From: an uncultured delta proteobacterium
GTDB taxonomy: Bacteria > Myxococcota > Myxococcia > SLRQ01
Direction: 5' to 3'
DNA length: 32,067 nt
NCBI GenBank assembly: GCA_963727485.1
Contig: CAVSGM010000012.1
Span: 1 to 32,067, forward strand
A model generated the notes under the pieces. It was not told where the DNA came from, made no database searches, and saw only the letters and a program-made list of their open reading frames with translations. Below, in pieces: positions 1 to 8,092 of this stretch. The number at the start of each line of letters is the position of its first letter. The first letter of the stretch is position 1. The position numbers were made by a program, and so were the translations under genes.

Positions 1-204
1 TCTCCCGGGCGTTGGCGCGGCAGCGGCGGGGGAAGCTCGGGGAACGCATCCCCTCGCGATTCCTGGAGGAATCTCCCGGAGCACACCTTCGTGACCGTGG
101 ACACCGCGGTCCCCACCGGGCCCCTGACCGGCGACGATCTCGAGGCCGGGAAGGCGTTCCTGGCGCAAATCAAGGCCTCCCTCGGCGCCGGGGCGGACGA
201 GTGA
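1..204 (+). CDS. 3' end of UvrD/Rep/PcrA-family helicase (partial; apparent +1 frameshift at 69-73)
   Basis: Frame 3 reads SRALARQRRGKLGERIPSRFLE, like the SF1 helicase C-terminal 'R...G....PSRFL.E/D(I/L)P' motif. Removing one A from GAATC (69-73) continues DLPEHTFVTVD...GADE to TGA at 202-204. Confidence 0.7.
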   Translation, partial: SPGRWRGSGGGSSGNASPRDSWRNLPEHTFVTVDTAVPTGPLTGDDLEAGKAFLAQIKASLGAGADE

Positions 205-240
205 GGGCCGGCCCCGGTGTCGATCCTCGGGTCAACGGGC

Positions 241-269
241 TTGACGTGGGGTCCGGAGGCCCTTATACA
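241..269 (+). promoter_or_regulatory. putative sigma70 promoter for rplM-rpsI
   Basis: TTGACG (241-246), 17-bp spacer, TATACA (264-269), upstream of rplM. Confidence 0.55.
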
Positions 270-323
270 CGCGCCTTTCCCGGCCCCCGGTCCGGGCCAC
301 CCGTCTATTGCGGAGCAGCACCC

Positions 324-758
324 ATGTCCACGCCGAGCCTCAAGCAGGGAGACGCCGAGCAGCGCTGGCTGCTGATCGACGCCGAGGACCTCGTCCTCGG
401 TCGCGCCGCCTCCCAGATCGCCAGCATCCTGCGCGGGAAGCACAAGCCCCAGTACACCCCCCACGCCGATGCCGGCGACCACGTGGTCGTGGTGAACGCG
501 GCCAAGGTTCGCCTCACCGGCCGGAAGTGGGCCGACAAGATGTACTACCGGCACACCGGCTATCCCGGTGGCCTGGTCGAGCGCACCGCCTCGGAGCTGC
601 GGGACAAGAAGCCCGAGGACCTCATCTACAACGCCGTGCGGCGCATGCTCCCCAGGAGTCCCCTGGGCCGGAGCCTGATGCGCAAGCTCCGGGTCTACCC
701 CGGCGCCGAGCATCCGCACGTCGCGCAGCAGCCCGAGCCCTTCAAGCTCGCCTACTAG
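324..758 (+). CDS. rplM: 50S ribosomal protein L13
   Basis: ATG at 324 after GGAG. Motifs [53 protein letters not shown]. Confidence 0.98.
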   Translation: MSTPSLKQGDAEQRWLLIDAEDLVLGRAASQIASILRGKHKPQYTPHADAGDHVVVVNAAKVRLTGRKWADKMYYRHTGYPGGLVERTASELRDKKPEDLIYNAVRRMLPRSPLGRSLMRKLRVYPGAEHPHVAQQPEPFKLAY

Positions 759-775
759 GTTCCAGGAGCATCGTC

Positions 776-1171
776 ATGCAGGACACCCCGGTCTTCAGCG
801 CCGTCGGCCGCCGCAAGGAGTCGGTCGCCCGCGTCCGCGTCTCCCCCGGAGACGGCAAGCTCTTCATCAACAAGCGCCCGGTCGAGGAGTACTTCCCCTG
901 GGAGACCGGCAAGGCCCAGGTCCGCGCGCCCCTGGTGGCCACGGAGATGGAGGGCAAGGTCGACGTCCACGTGAACGTGCGCGGCGGCGGGCTCACCGGT
1001 CAGGCCGGCGCCATCCGCCACGGCCTCTCCCGGGCCCTCATGGCCTACGATCCCGAGCTCCGGGCCCTCCTCAAGAAGGCCGGCTACGTGACCCGGGACG
1101 CCCGCGGCGTCGAGCGGAAGAAGTACGGGCAGCCTGGCGCCCGCAAGAAGTTCCAGTACTCCAAGCGGTAG
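776..1171 (+). CDS. rpsI: 30S ribosomal protein S9
   Basis: ATG at 776 after [35 protein letters not shown]...[10 protein letters not shown]. Confidence 0.98.
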   Translation: MQDTPVFSAVGRRKESVARVRVSPGDGKLFINKRPVEEYFPWETGKAQVRAPLVATEMEGKVDVHVNVRGGGLTGQAGAIRHGLSRALMAYDPELRALLKKAGYVTRDARGVERKKYGQPGARKKFQYSKR

Positions 1172-1195
1172 GCGTCTCGCCGCCGTCGCCCGGTG

Positions 1196-1260
1196 CCCCC
1201 AGACGGGGCGCGCCGGGCCCCTCGTGCACCCGGCCTCGGCCGGGTGTACGCGTCTGGGGG
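1196..1260 (+). other. structured 3' element after rpsI (three-way junction, no U-tract)
   Basis: CCCCCAGACG (1196-1205) pairs perfectly with CGTCTGGGGG (1251-1260). These enclose GGGC/GCCC and a 12-bp hairpin at 1223-1250. Confidence 0.45.
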
Positions 1261-1323
1261 ATCCGCCCCTCGGCTGGAGGCCCGATGGTGAGGGGGTGGG
1301 TGGATGTGCTACACGCACCCACC

Positions 1324-3846
1324 ATGCCCACCCGACGCCTGCCGACGCCGCTGGTCCTCCTCCCCGCCCTGCTCCTCGCCGCCGCCGGCTGCGGGAAGGC
1401 CGCCCCGGGCCGCTGCACCTCGAGCGCCCAGTGCGACGGGGCCCGGACCTGCGTCGACGGGACCTGCCAGGACCTGCCCAAGGACAGCGACGGGGACGGG
1501 ATCCTCGATTCCAGCGACAACTGCCCGGAGGTGGCCAACCCCGACCAGCGGGACGAGGACGGCGACGGGATCGGCGACGCCTGCGACGACGACCGGGACG
1601 GCGACGGGGTGAACAACCCGGTCGACAACTGCCCGGACACCGCCAACCCCGACCAGGCGGATCTCGACCAGGACGGGATCGGCGACGCCTGCGACAACAG
1701 CTTCGACGACGACCACGACGGGATCCCCAACGGGACCGACAACTGCCCGACGGTCGCCAACCCCGACCAGGCGGACCAGGACGGCGACGGGACAGGCGAC
1801 GTGTGCGACCCGGACGTCGACGGCGACGGGATCCTCAACGGCGCCGACAACTGCCCGGTGGTGGCGAACCCCGACCAGAAGGACTTCGACCACGACGGCA
1901 TCGGTGACGCCTGCGACGACGACTGGGACGGCGACGGGGTGAAGAACACCTCGGACAACTGCCCCTGGGTCGCCAACCCGGGCCAGGCCGACGGCGACGG
2001 CGACGGGGTGGGGGACGCCTGCGACGACACCGGCACCCGCACCGGGCTCCCGGTGAACACCGACTGCAAGCTGAAGATCCACAAGACCTTCCAGACCGCG
2101 AGCGAGTGGTCGTGGCCCGGGACCCAGACCCTGCCCGCGGCGCTGGCCGGCCGGACCCGGGTGATGATGACCCCGGTGGTCGGCGACGTGGACGCCGACG
2201 GGGTGACCGACGTGGTCTTCGTGGCCCACGATCTCATCAACGGCAACCAGCTGGGGCCCGGGGCCCTGGTGGTGGTCGACGGCTCGACCGGGCAGACCGA
2301 GACCATGGTCGACCCGGCGGGCAACCATCTCGCCGCCGCCGGCAACATCGCCATCGGCAACCTCGACGGGAACGCCGCCCACCGGATGCAGATCGTGGCG
2401 CTTCGCTACAACGCCCCGGTGGGCCCGGTGGTCCTCGACGCCGCCGGCCACGTGCTGTGGAGCTGCAACGACACCGGCAACTGCGGCGGCGGGTGGATCC
2501 ACGGGGGCATGAGCTGGGGCGGGCCCGAGCTCGCCGACCTCGACGGCGACGGGATCCCCGAGATCGTCTACGGCGCCGACGTCTGGACCCGCAACCCCGA
2601 CGGCAGCTACGCGCTCTCCTGGGAGGGCACCGGCGGCGCCGGCGACGCCGGGGTGGGGCCGCTGTCGGTGGTCGCCGACCTCGACGACGACGGCAGCCCG
2701 GAGGTGGTCACCGGGAGCACCGCCTACCACGCCGATGGCACGGTGATGTGGCGCTCGGGGCTCACCGACGGCTTCGTCGCCGTGGGGAACTTCAACAGCG
2801 ATCCCTACCCCGAGGTGGTGGTGGTCACCCACGGCGACCTCTACCTCCTCGATCACACCGGGGCGATCCTCTGGGGCCCGGTGCGCCTCCCCGGCGCCGA
2901 CACCGCCACCACCACCACCGTCGGCGGCGCGCCGACCATCGCCGACTTCGACGGCGACGGGCAGCCAGAGATCGGCGTCGCCACCGCCGGGGCCTACGCG
3001 GTCTACGACACCAGCGGCGAGCCCCTGTGGCAGAAGACCACCCAGGACTACTCCTCGGCGGCCACCGGCTCCTCGGTCTTCGACTTCGAGGGCGACGGGT
3101 GGGCGGAGGTCGTCTACAACGACGAGCAGTACCTCCGGGTCTTCGACGGCGCCACCGGCCAGACCCTCTTCGAGCAGCCCAACTCCACGGCCACCGCCTA
3201 TGAGTACCCGGTGATCGCCGACATCGACGGGGACCACCGGGCGGAGATCGTCGTCGCCGCCAACCCCTACGGGCAGGTGCAGAACACCGGCGTCACCGCC
3301 TACGGCGACTCGAGCTGGGTCGACACCCGGCCCATCTGGAACGAGCACGCCTACCACGTGACCAACGTGATGGCCGACGGCACCATCCCCGCCCACGCGC
3401 TCCCCTCGTGGAAGCCGGCGAGCTTCGACGGCTGGCAGGTGGGGGACTTCGGCGGGAGCTACCGGGCGAACGCCTCGGCGCCGCCCACGGGCTTCTTCGA
3501 CCCGGCGGCGGACCTGGCGGTCACCGGCGCCGCGGTGGACCTCAGCGCCTGCACCGGCGAGGTGGCCCTGCGGATCTGGGTGGACAACGTGGGGGCGGCG
3601 CAGGTCCCCGCGGGCGTCACCGTGGACCTCTACCGCGGCGCCACCATCGACCCCACGAACAAGCTGGCGAGCGTCACCACCACCGCGGCCCTCGACCCGG
3701 GGATGGGCGAGCGCGTCGCCTTCCACGTGAGCGCGCCGGGGGCGCCGGGGCCGATGCTGGTGGTGGTCGACGACGGCGGCACGGTGAGCGAGTGCGGGGC
3801 GCTCGCCAACGACCGCCTGGTGGTCCAGGACGTCGGCTGCCCCTGA
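1324..3846 (+). CDS. lipoprotein with thrombospondin type-3 Ca-binding repeats, FG-GAP/VCBS beta-propeller and C-terminal CARDB-like domain
   Basis: Lipobox LLLAAAGC. Five D.DGDG..D..DNCP..ANP.Q.D.D.DG.GDACD units. Repeated ADLDGDG.PEIV/ADFDGDGQPEI motifs. C-terminal ADLAV...VDNVGAA.VPAGV.V.LY...VVVDD.G.V.EC. Confidence 0.85.
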   Translation: MPTRRLPTPLVLLPALLLAAAGCGKAAPGRCTSSAQCDGARTCVDGTCQDLPKDSDGDGILDSSDNCPEVANPDQRDEDGDGIGDACDDDRDGDGVNNPVDNCPDTANPDQADLDQDGIGDACDNSFDDDHDGIPNGTDNCPTVANPDQADQDGDGTGDVCDPDVDGDGILNGADNCPVVANPDQKDFDHDGIGDACDDDWDGDGVKNTSDNCPWVANPGQADGDGDGVGDACDDTGTRTGLPVNTDCKLKIHKTFQTASEWSWPGTQTLPAALAGRTRVMMTPVVGDVDADGVTDVVFVAHDLINGNQLGPGALVVVDGSTGQTETMVDPAGNHLAAAGNIAIGNLDGNAAHRMQIVALRYNAPVGPVVLDAAGHVLWSCNDTGNCGGGWIHGGMSWGGPELADLDGDGIPEIVYGADVWTRNPDGSYALSWEGTGGAGDAGVGPLSVVADLDDDGSPEVVTGSTAYHADGTVMWRSGLTDGFVAVGNFNSDPYPEVVVVTHGDLYLLDHTGAILWGPVRLPGADTATTTTVGGAPTIADFDGDGQPEIGVATAGAYAVYDTSGEPLWQKTTQDYSSAATGSSVFDFEGDGWAEVVYNDEQYLRVFDGATGQTLFEQPNSTATAYEYPVIADIDGDHRAEIVVAANPYGQVQNTGVTAYGDSSWVDTRPIWNEHAYHVTNVMADGTIPAHALPSWKPASFDGWQVGDFGGSYRANASAPPTGFFDPAADLAVTGAAVDLSACTGEVALRIWVDNVGAAQVPAGVTVDLYRGATIDPTNKLASVTTTAALDPGMGERVAFHVSAPGAPGPMLVVVDDGGTVSECGALANDRLVVQDVGCP
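1483..2030 (+). repeat. intragenic TSP3 coding repeats (~105-110 bp period)
   Basis: Recurrent GACAACTGCCCG...GCCAACCCCGACCAG...GGCGACGCCTGCGAC units. Confidence 0.85.
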
Positions 3847-3864
3847 ATCCGCGCGGGCGCCCTG

Positions 3865-3893
3865 TGTTACAGTGGGTCGTGACCCTCGTCACA
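3865..3893 (+). promoter_or_regulatory. extended -10 promoter overlapped by CRP/FNR-family-like box upstream of the pilT paralog
   Basis: TG-T-TACAGT (3865-3873) followed by CGTGA-N6-TCACA (3878-3893). Confidence 0.45.
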
Positions 3894-3931
3894 CAGGTGC
3901 GCACCCCTGCGCACCCGGAGGCGCCCCCCAC

Positions 3932-5167
3932 ATGGAGCTGAACGACATCCTGAGCGTCGCCCTGCGCGGTGGCGCGTCCGACATCCACCTCAAGGCCGGC
4001 CTCCCCCCGATGTTCCGGGTCGATGGCAGCCTGGTGCCCCTGAAGGACGCCCGCCGGCTGCCTCCCGAAGAGATCAGCCGCATGGCCTTCGGGATCATGA
4101 ACAACTTCCAGAAGGAGCGGTTCAAGGAGTTCAACGAGATCGATCTCGCCTACGGCGTCCCCGGTCTCGGCCGCTTCCGCGTCAACATCTTCCAGCAGCG
4201 CGGCACCATCGGCATCGTGCTCCGGGTGATCCCCTTCCGGATCCAGAGCATCGAGCAGCTGGTGCTCCCCCCGGTGCTCCAGAAGATCGCCATGCACGAG
4301 CGTGGGCTGATCCTGGTCACCGGCACCACCGGCTCGGGGAAGTCGACCTCGCTGGCGGCGATGATCGACCACATCAACACCCACCGCACCTGTCACGTGA
4401 TGACCATCGAGGACCCCATCGAGTTCCTCATCCGTGACAAGCGCTCGATCATCAACCAGCGCGAGGTGGGCGTCGACACCATGAGCTTCGGCCAGGCGCT
4501 CAAGAGCGCCCTGCGCCAGGACCCCGACGTCATCCTCGTCGGCGAGATGCGTGACCTGGAGACCATCGAGACCGCGCTCACCGCGGCCGAGACCGGCCAC
4601 CTGGTGCTCTCGACCCTCCACACCCTGGACGCCACCGAGACCATCAACCGCATCATCTCCGCGTTCCCGCCCTACCAGCAGAAGCAGGTGCGCCTGCAGC
4701 TCGGCGCGGTGCTCAAGGCGGTCATCAGCCAGCGGCTGGTGCCCAAGGCCGACGGCCGGGGCCGGGTGCCCGCGGTCGAGGTCCTCATCGCCACCCACAT
4801 GGTGCGCGAGCTGGTCGAGGACAAGGACCGCACCAAGGAGATCGCCGACGCCATCAGCAAGGGTCACCAGTCCTACGGGATGCAGACCTTCGACCAGTCG
4901 CTGATGTTCCACCTGAAGAAGGGCATCATCTCCTACGAGGAGGCGCTGCGGCAGGCGTCGAACCCCGACGACTTCGCCCTGCGGCTCTCGGGCATCGCCA
5001 GCACCTCCGACGCCAAGTGGGACGACTTCGAGGCCATGGGGGGCGGCGGCACCGCCCCGGTCCCCGGGACCGCCGACTTCGGCTCCAACACCCAGCGGCC
5101 CGCGTCCGAGCCGCCGAAGCCCGCGCCCGCCGGCGAGGACGACGACTTCAAGATCGAGCGGTTCTGA
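3932..5167 (+). CDS. pilT: PilT/PilU-family type IV pilus retraction ATPase (stand-alone paralog)
   Basis: ATG at 3932 after GGAGG. ASDIHL, RFRVN, Walker A GTTGSGKST, TIEDPIE, ALRQDPDVILVGEMRD, AAETGHLVLSTLHT, GMQTFDQSL. Confidence 0.9.
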   Translation: MELNDILSVALRGGASDIHLKAGLPPMFRVDGSLVPLKDARRLPPEEISRMAFGIMNNFQKERFKEFNEIDLAYGVPGLGRFRVNIFQQRGTIGIVLRVIPFRIQSIEQLVLPPVLQKIAMHERGLILVTGTTGSGKSTSLAAMIDHINTHRTCHVMTIEDPIEFLIRDKRSIINQREVGVDTMSFGQALKSALRQDPDVILVGEMRDLETIETALTAAETGHLVLSTLHTLDATETINRIISAFPPYQQKQVRLQLGAVLKAVISQRLVPKADGRGRVPAVEVLIATHMVRELVEDKDRTKEIADAISKGHQSYGMQTFDQSLMFHLKKGIISYEEALRQASNPDDFALRLSGIASTSDAKWDDFEAMGGGGTAPVPGTADFGSNTQRPASEPPKPAPAGEDDDFKIERF

Positions 5168-5206
5168 GGCGGGCGGTCGGCGCGGCGACGGGCGCCGGCG
5201 ACGCGC

Positions 5207-6319
5207 CTACTCCATCAGGGCGTGGCCCAGCTCCTCGGCGGTCTGGAGCCGGTCGGCCGGGTCCTTGCGCAGCAGCTCGTGGGCGATGCGCGCGAGGTGG
5301 AAGTCGACGCCGGGGTTGAGGCTCGCCACCGGCGGGGGCTCGGTCTCCATGAGCTCCTTCCACAGGTCCAGGGGGTGGCGGGCGAGGAACGGGGGCCGGC
5401 CCGTGAGCAGCTCGTAGAGGATGACGCCCAGGGAGTAGAGGTCGGCGCGCTGGTCGACCCGCTCGCCGGCGGCCTGCTCCGGGGCCATGTACCGGTAGGT
5501 GCCCACCACCCGGCCGGCGTCGGTCACCTCGGCGGCGTCGGCCAGGGCCTTGCACAGGCCGAAGTCCATGATCCGGGCGTCGCCGTCGACGTCGACGAGG
5601 ATGTTGGAGGGCTTGAGGTCCCGGTGGACCAGGCCCCGGGAGTGGACGTAGGCCAGCCCCGAGCACACCTGGGTGAGCACCTCCTGGAGGCGGGCGACGC
5701 GCATGGGGCCGTTGAGGACGGTGAGGTCCGCGGCCGCGGCGAAGTCCGGGAGCTCGTAGGGCTCCGGGGGGTGGGCCAGGTCGGCGAAGGGCAGGTCCAC
5801 CGAGGGCGCCGGGCCCGCCGAGCCCACCTCCACCGGCCCCGGGTCGCTGGGCTCGTGGCCCAGGAGGACGTCGGAGTCGGGCTCCTCGAGCCAGGCCTCG
5901 AGGTTGAAGGCGCGGGCGGCGCTCCCGGAGAAGCTCCCCGAGAAGCTCCGGTCGAACGAGTCGTCGAGGCGCACCCCGGGGCTGGAGGTCGACGACCAGC
6001 TCGAGGGGTCCTCGGTGACCAGGTCGAGGTGGCGCTTGATGTCCACCCCGTCGATGAGCTCCATGGCGAAGTAGGGCATGTCACCGGCGATGCCGGCGTC
6101 GATGACCTTGACCACGTAGGGGTGGTCGAGGAGCGCCAGGGACTCGAACTCCCGGGTGAAGCGCAGCGCGGCGCGGCTGTCGCCGGCCGGGGTCCCGGTG
6201 AGGAGCTTGACCGCGACCTCCTCGTCGGTGCGGTCGTCGAGGGCGCGGTACACCACCCCCAGGCCTCCCTTCCCGAGGAGGTCGAGGATTCGGTAGGGAC
6301 CGAGCCGTTCAGGACGCAT
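5207..6319 (-). CDS. cytoplasmic Hanks-type Ser/Thr protein kinase with large internal insertion
   Basis: LGKGGLGVVY, VAVK, HRDLKPSN, DFG, GTYRYMAPE, DLYSLG. About 100 extra residues between subdomains V and VIa. No TM segment. Confidence 0.92.
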   Translation of the reverse strand: MRPERLGPYRILDLLGKGGLGVVYRALDDRTDEEVAVKLLTGTPAGDSRAALRFTREFESLALLDHPYVVKVIDAGIAGDMPYFAMELIDGVDIKRHLDLVTEDPSSWSSTSSPGVRLDDSFDRSFSGSFSGSAARAFNLEAWLEEPDSDVLLGHEPSDPGPVEVGSAGPAPSVDLPFADLAHPPEPYELPDFAAAADLTVLNGPMRVARLQEVLTQVCSGLAYVHSRGLVHRDLKPSNILVDVDGDARIMDFGLCKALADAAEVTDAGRVVGTYRYMAPEQAAGERVDQRADLYSLGVILYELLTGRPPFLARHPLDLWKELMETEPPPVASLNPGVDFHLARIAHELLRKDPADRLQTAEELGHALME

Positions 6320-6355
6320 CAAGGTCTTGCGCCTCTACCCCCCAGGGTGCGGGGC

Positions 6356-6364
6356 ACTATAGCA
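6356..6364 (-). promoter_or_regulatory. extended -10 for the kinase gene
   Basis: TG-C-TATAGT on the minus strand about 36 nt upstream of the ATG. Confidence 0.5.
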
Positions 6365-6408
6365 TCCCCTTCCAGGCAACACCGCTTCCCGGGGTACACT
6401 TCCGCGCC

Positions 6409-8076
6409 GTGAGGGTGGATCCGGACGGGCGGCCCGAGACGCCGGAGGAGCGCGAGGCGCGCCAGTCCCGGCGGTGGCGCCGGGTGGGGCTGGCGGCGGC
6501 CGTGGCGGCCTTCCTCTTGATCTCCGCGGTCATCGCCATCTCCACCCTCGCCGTCGTCTACAGCACCCGCATCTACGGCGACCGGCACCTGGTGCCCGGC
6601 CACCGGGCGGCGTTCCGGGTCGCCGCCTACCTCCTCGGGGCCCAGGACTTCGCCCCGAGGCTCGAGGCGACGTTGTGGATCGAGGGCGCCGGAGGCAAGC
6701 GGGTGCGCCTCGGCGGCGGTGCGAGCGGCGGCCGCGGCGGGGTCGACGTGGACGCCCGGATCCCCCCGTGGCCCCCCGGTCGCTACACCCTGGTGGCGCA
6801 GGTGACGACCCCCGCCGGGGCCAAGGAGACCGCGCGGGTGCCGGTGACCCTGGGGCCGGCGAAGGCCCACCCCTGGCTGCGCACCCGGAACGCCTGCGAG
6901 GAGGGGAGCCACCCGCGCAACGACGGGACCTGGGAGGGGAGCGTGCTCTGCGGGCGGGAGGATCCCCTGGCGCGCCTCTACCCCGAGGCGGGTCACCTGG
7001 TGGGCAACCTCTCCAACCGGGTCTTCGCCTGGCTGCCGGGGCACCCGACCGCCGCGACCTGGCAGCCCCTCTCGGCCCTCCCGGCCCCGGGGGCGACGCG
7101 GCCCCCGGCTCCGGCGCCGCCGGCGCCGCTTCGCCTCGACGGCTTCGGCGTCGGCGCCTTCGACTACGTCCCCGCCTATCCCCGGGGGCCGCTCCAGGTC
7201 GCCGCCGGCCCCAGAAGCGAGCACCTCTGGCTCCGGGCCCTCCCCAGCCAGATCCGCCTCCGGGCCACCCGGGTGCTCCTCGGCCCCGACGATCGCCTCG
7301 ATGTCACCGTGGCGCTCCTGCGCGGCCGGGTGCCCCTCTACCTCGACCTGTGGACCGGGGGCCGGTGGATCGCCACCGACAGCGACGTGGCCACCGGCGG
7401 CGCCTACCGCTACACCGTGGACCTGCCCCACACGCTCCACGGCTTCGTGGCCCTGCGCGCCTACACCAACACCAGCGGCCCCACGGGCACCTACGACGAG
7501 CGGGTGTTCTGGCGCGGGGCAGACGCCCGGACGACCCCGGGGCTGGTGGCCCTGGCCCGGGCGGTGGCGGCGCTCCCGGTGGCCCCGGGGCTCTCCAAGG
7601 CGGTGCCCCACCCGGGGCCCGATCCCCTCTTCGCCGCGGTCGTCGCCGCCCGGCCCGAGACCCTGGACGCCCTCGGGGACGCCGGCCGCGAGGACGTGGC
7701 GGCGGCGCTCCTCTCCCGGGTGGCGGTGGTCCCCGAGGCGGCGCCGCCCCTGGCCGACACCACCCAGGCCAAGCTCGCGGCGATGGAGGCCCACAAGAAG
7801 GCCCTGCGTCGGCCCCTCCTCGCCGGCCTCGGGCTCCTGGGGGTGGGGGCGGTGCTGGCGATGATCGTCGCGCTGCTCGGCGACCGCCGGGGCCTGCGCC
7901 GGCGCCTGGCCGCCCTCCAGATCGACGATCAGGTGCTCCCCGAGGACGAGGCCGAGGGCGCCGGCCCAGGACGGATCACCGACCGGGGCGGGCTGCTCCT
8001 GGGGCTGATGCTCCTGGCGCTGATGGGCGCGGCCTTCGCCGGGCTGCTGACGCTGCTGGAGACCCTGCGGTGGTAG
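6409..8076 (+). CDS. hypothetical membrane protein (N-terminal TM, large extracytoplasmic region, two C-terminal TMs)
   Basis: 555-aa ORF with GC3-biased codons. Hydrophobic VGLAAAVAAFLLISAVIAISTLAVVY near the N-terminus and two hydrophobic helices near the C-terminus. TACACT 8 nt before the GTG. Confidence 0.7.
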   Translation: MRVDPDGRPETPEEREARQSRRWRRVGLAAAVAAFLLISAVIAISTLAVVYSTRIYGDRHLVPGHRAAFRVAAYLLGAQDFAPRLEATLWIEGAGGKRVRLGGGASGGRGGVDVDARIPPWPPGRYTLVAQVTTPAGAKETARVPVTLGPAKAHPWLRTRNACEEGSHPRNDGTWEGSVLCGREDPLARLYPEAGHLVGNLSNRVFAWLPGHPTAATWQPLSALPAPGATRPPAPAPPAPLRLDGFGVGAFDYVPAYPRGPLQVAAGPRSEHLWLRALPSQIRLRATRVLLGPDDRLDVTVALLRGRVPLYLDLWTGGRWIATDSDVATGGAYRYTVDLPHTLHGFVALRAYTNTSGPTGTYDERVFWRGADARTTPGLVALARAVAALPVAPGLSKAVPHPGPDPLFAAVVAARPETLDALGDAGREDVAAALLSRVAVVPEAAPPLADTTQAKLAAMEAHKKALRRPLLAGLGLLGVGAVLAMIVALLGDRRGLRRRLAALQIDDQVLPEDEAEGAGPGRITDRGGLLLGLMLLALMGAAFAGLLTLLETLRW

Positions 8077-8092
8077 GCGTCGGCGCCGCGGG

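Noticed and set aside
12..323. N-terminally extended L13 (248-aa ORF) or helicase-L13 fusion
   Set aside because: Created by the frameshift at 69-73. A promoter and RBS precede ATG 324.
1483..2030. Periodic repeats as a CRISPR array
   Set aside because: In-frame coding TSP3 repeats with degenerate third positions. No unique spacers and no cas genes.
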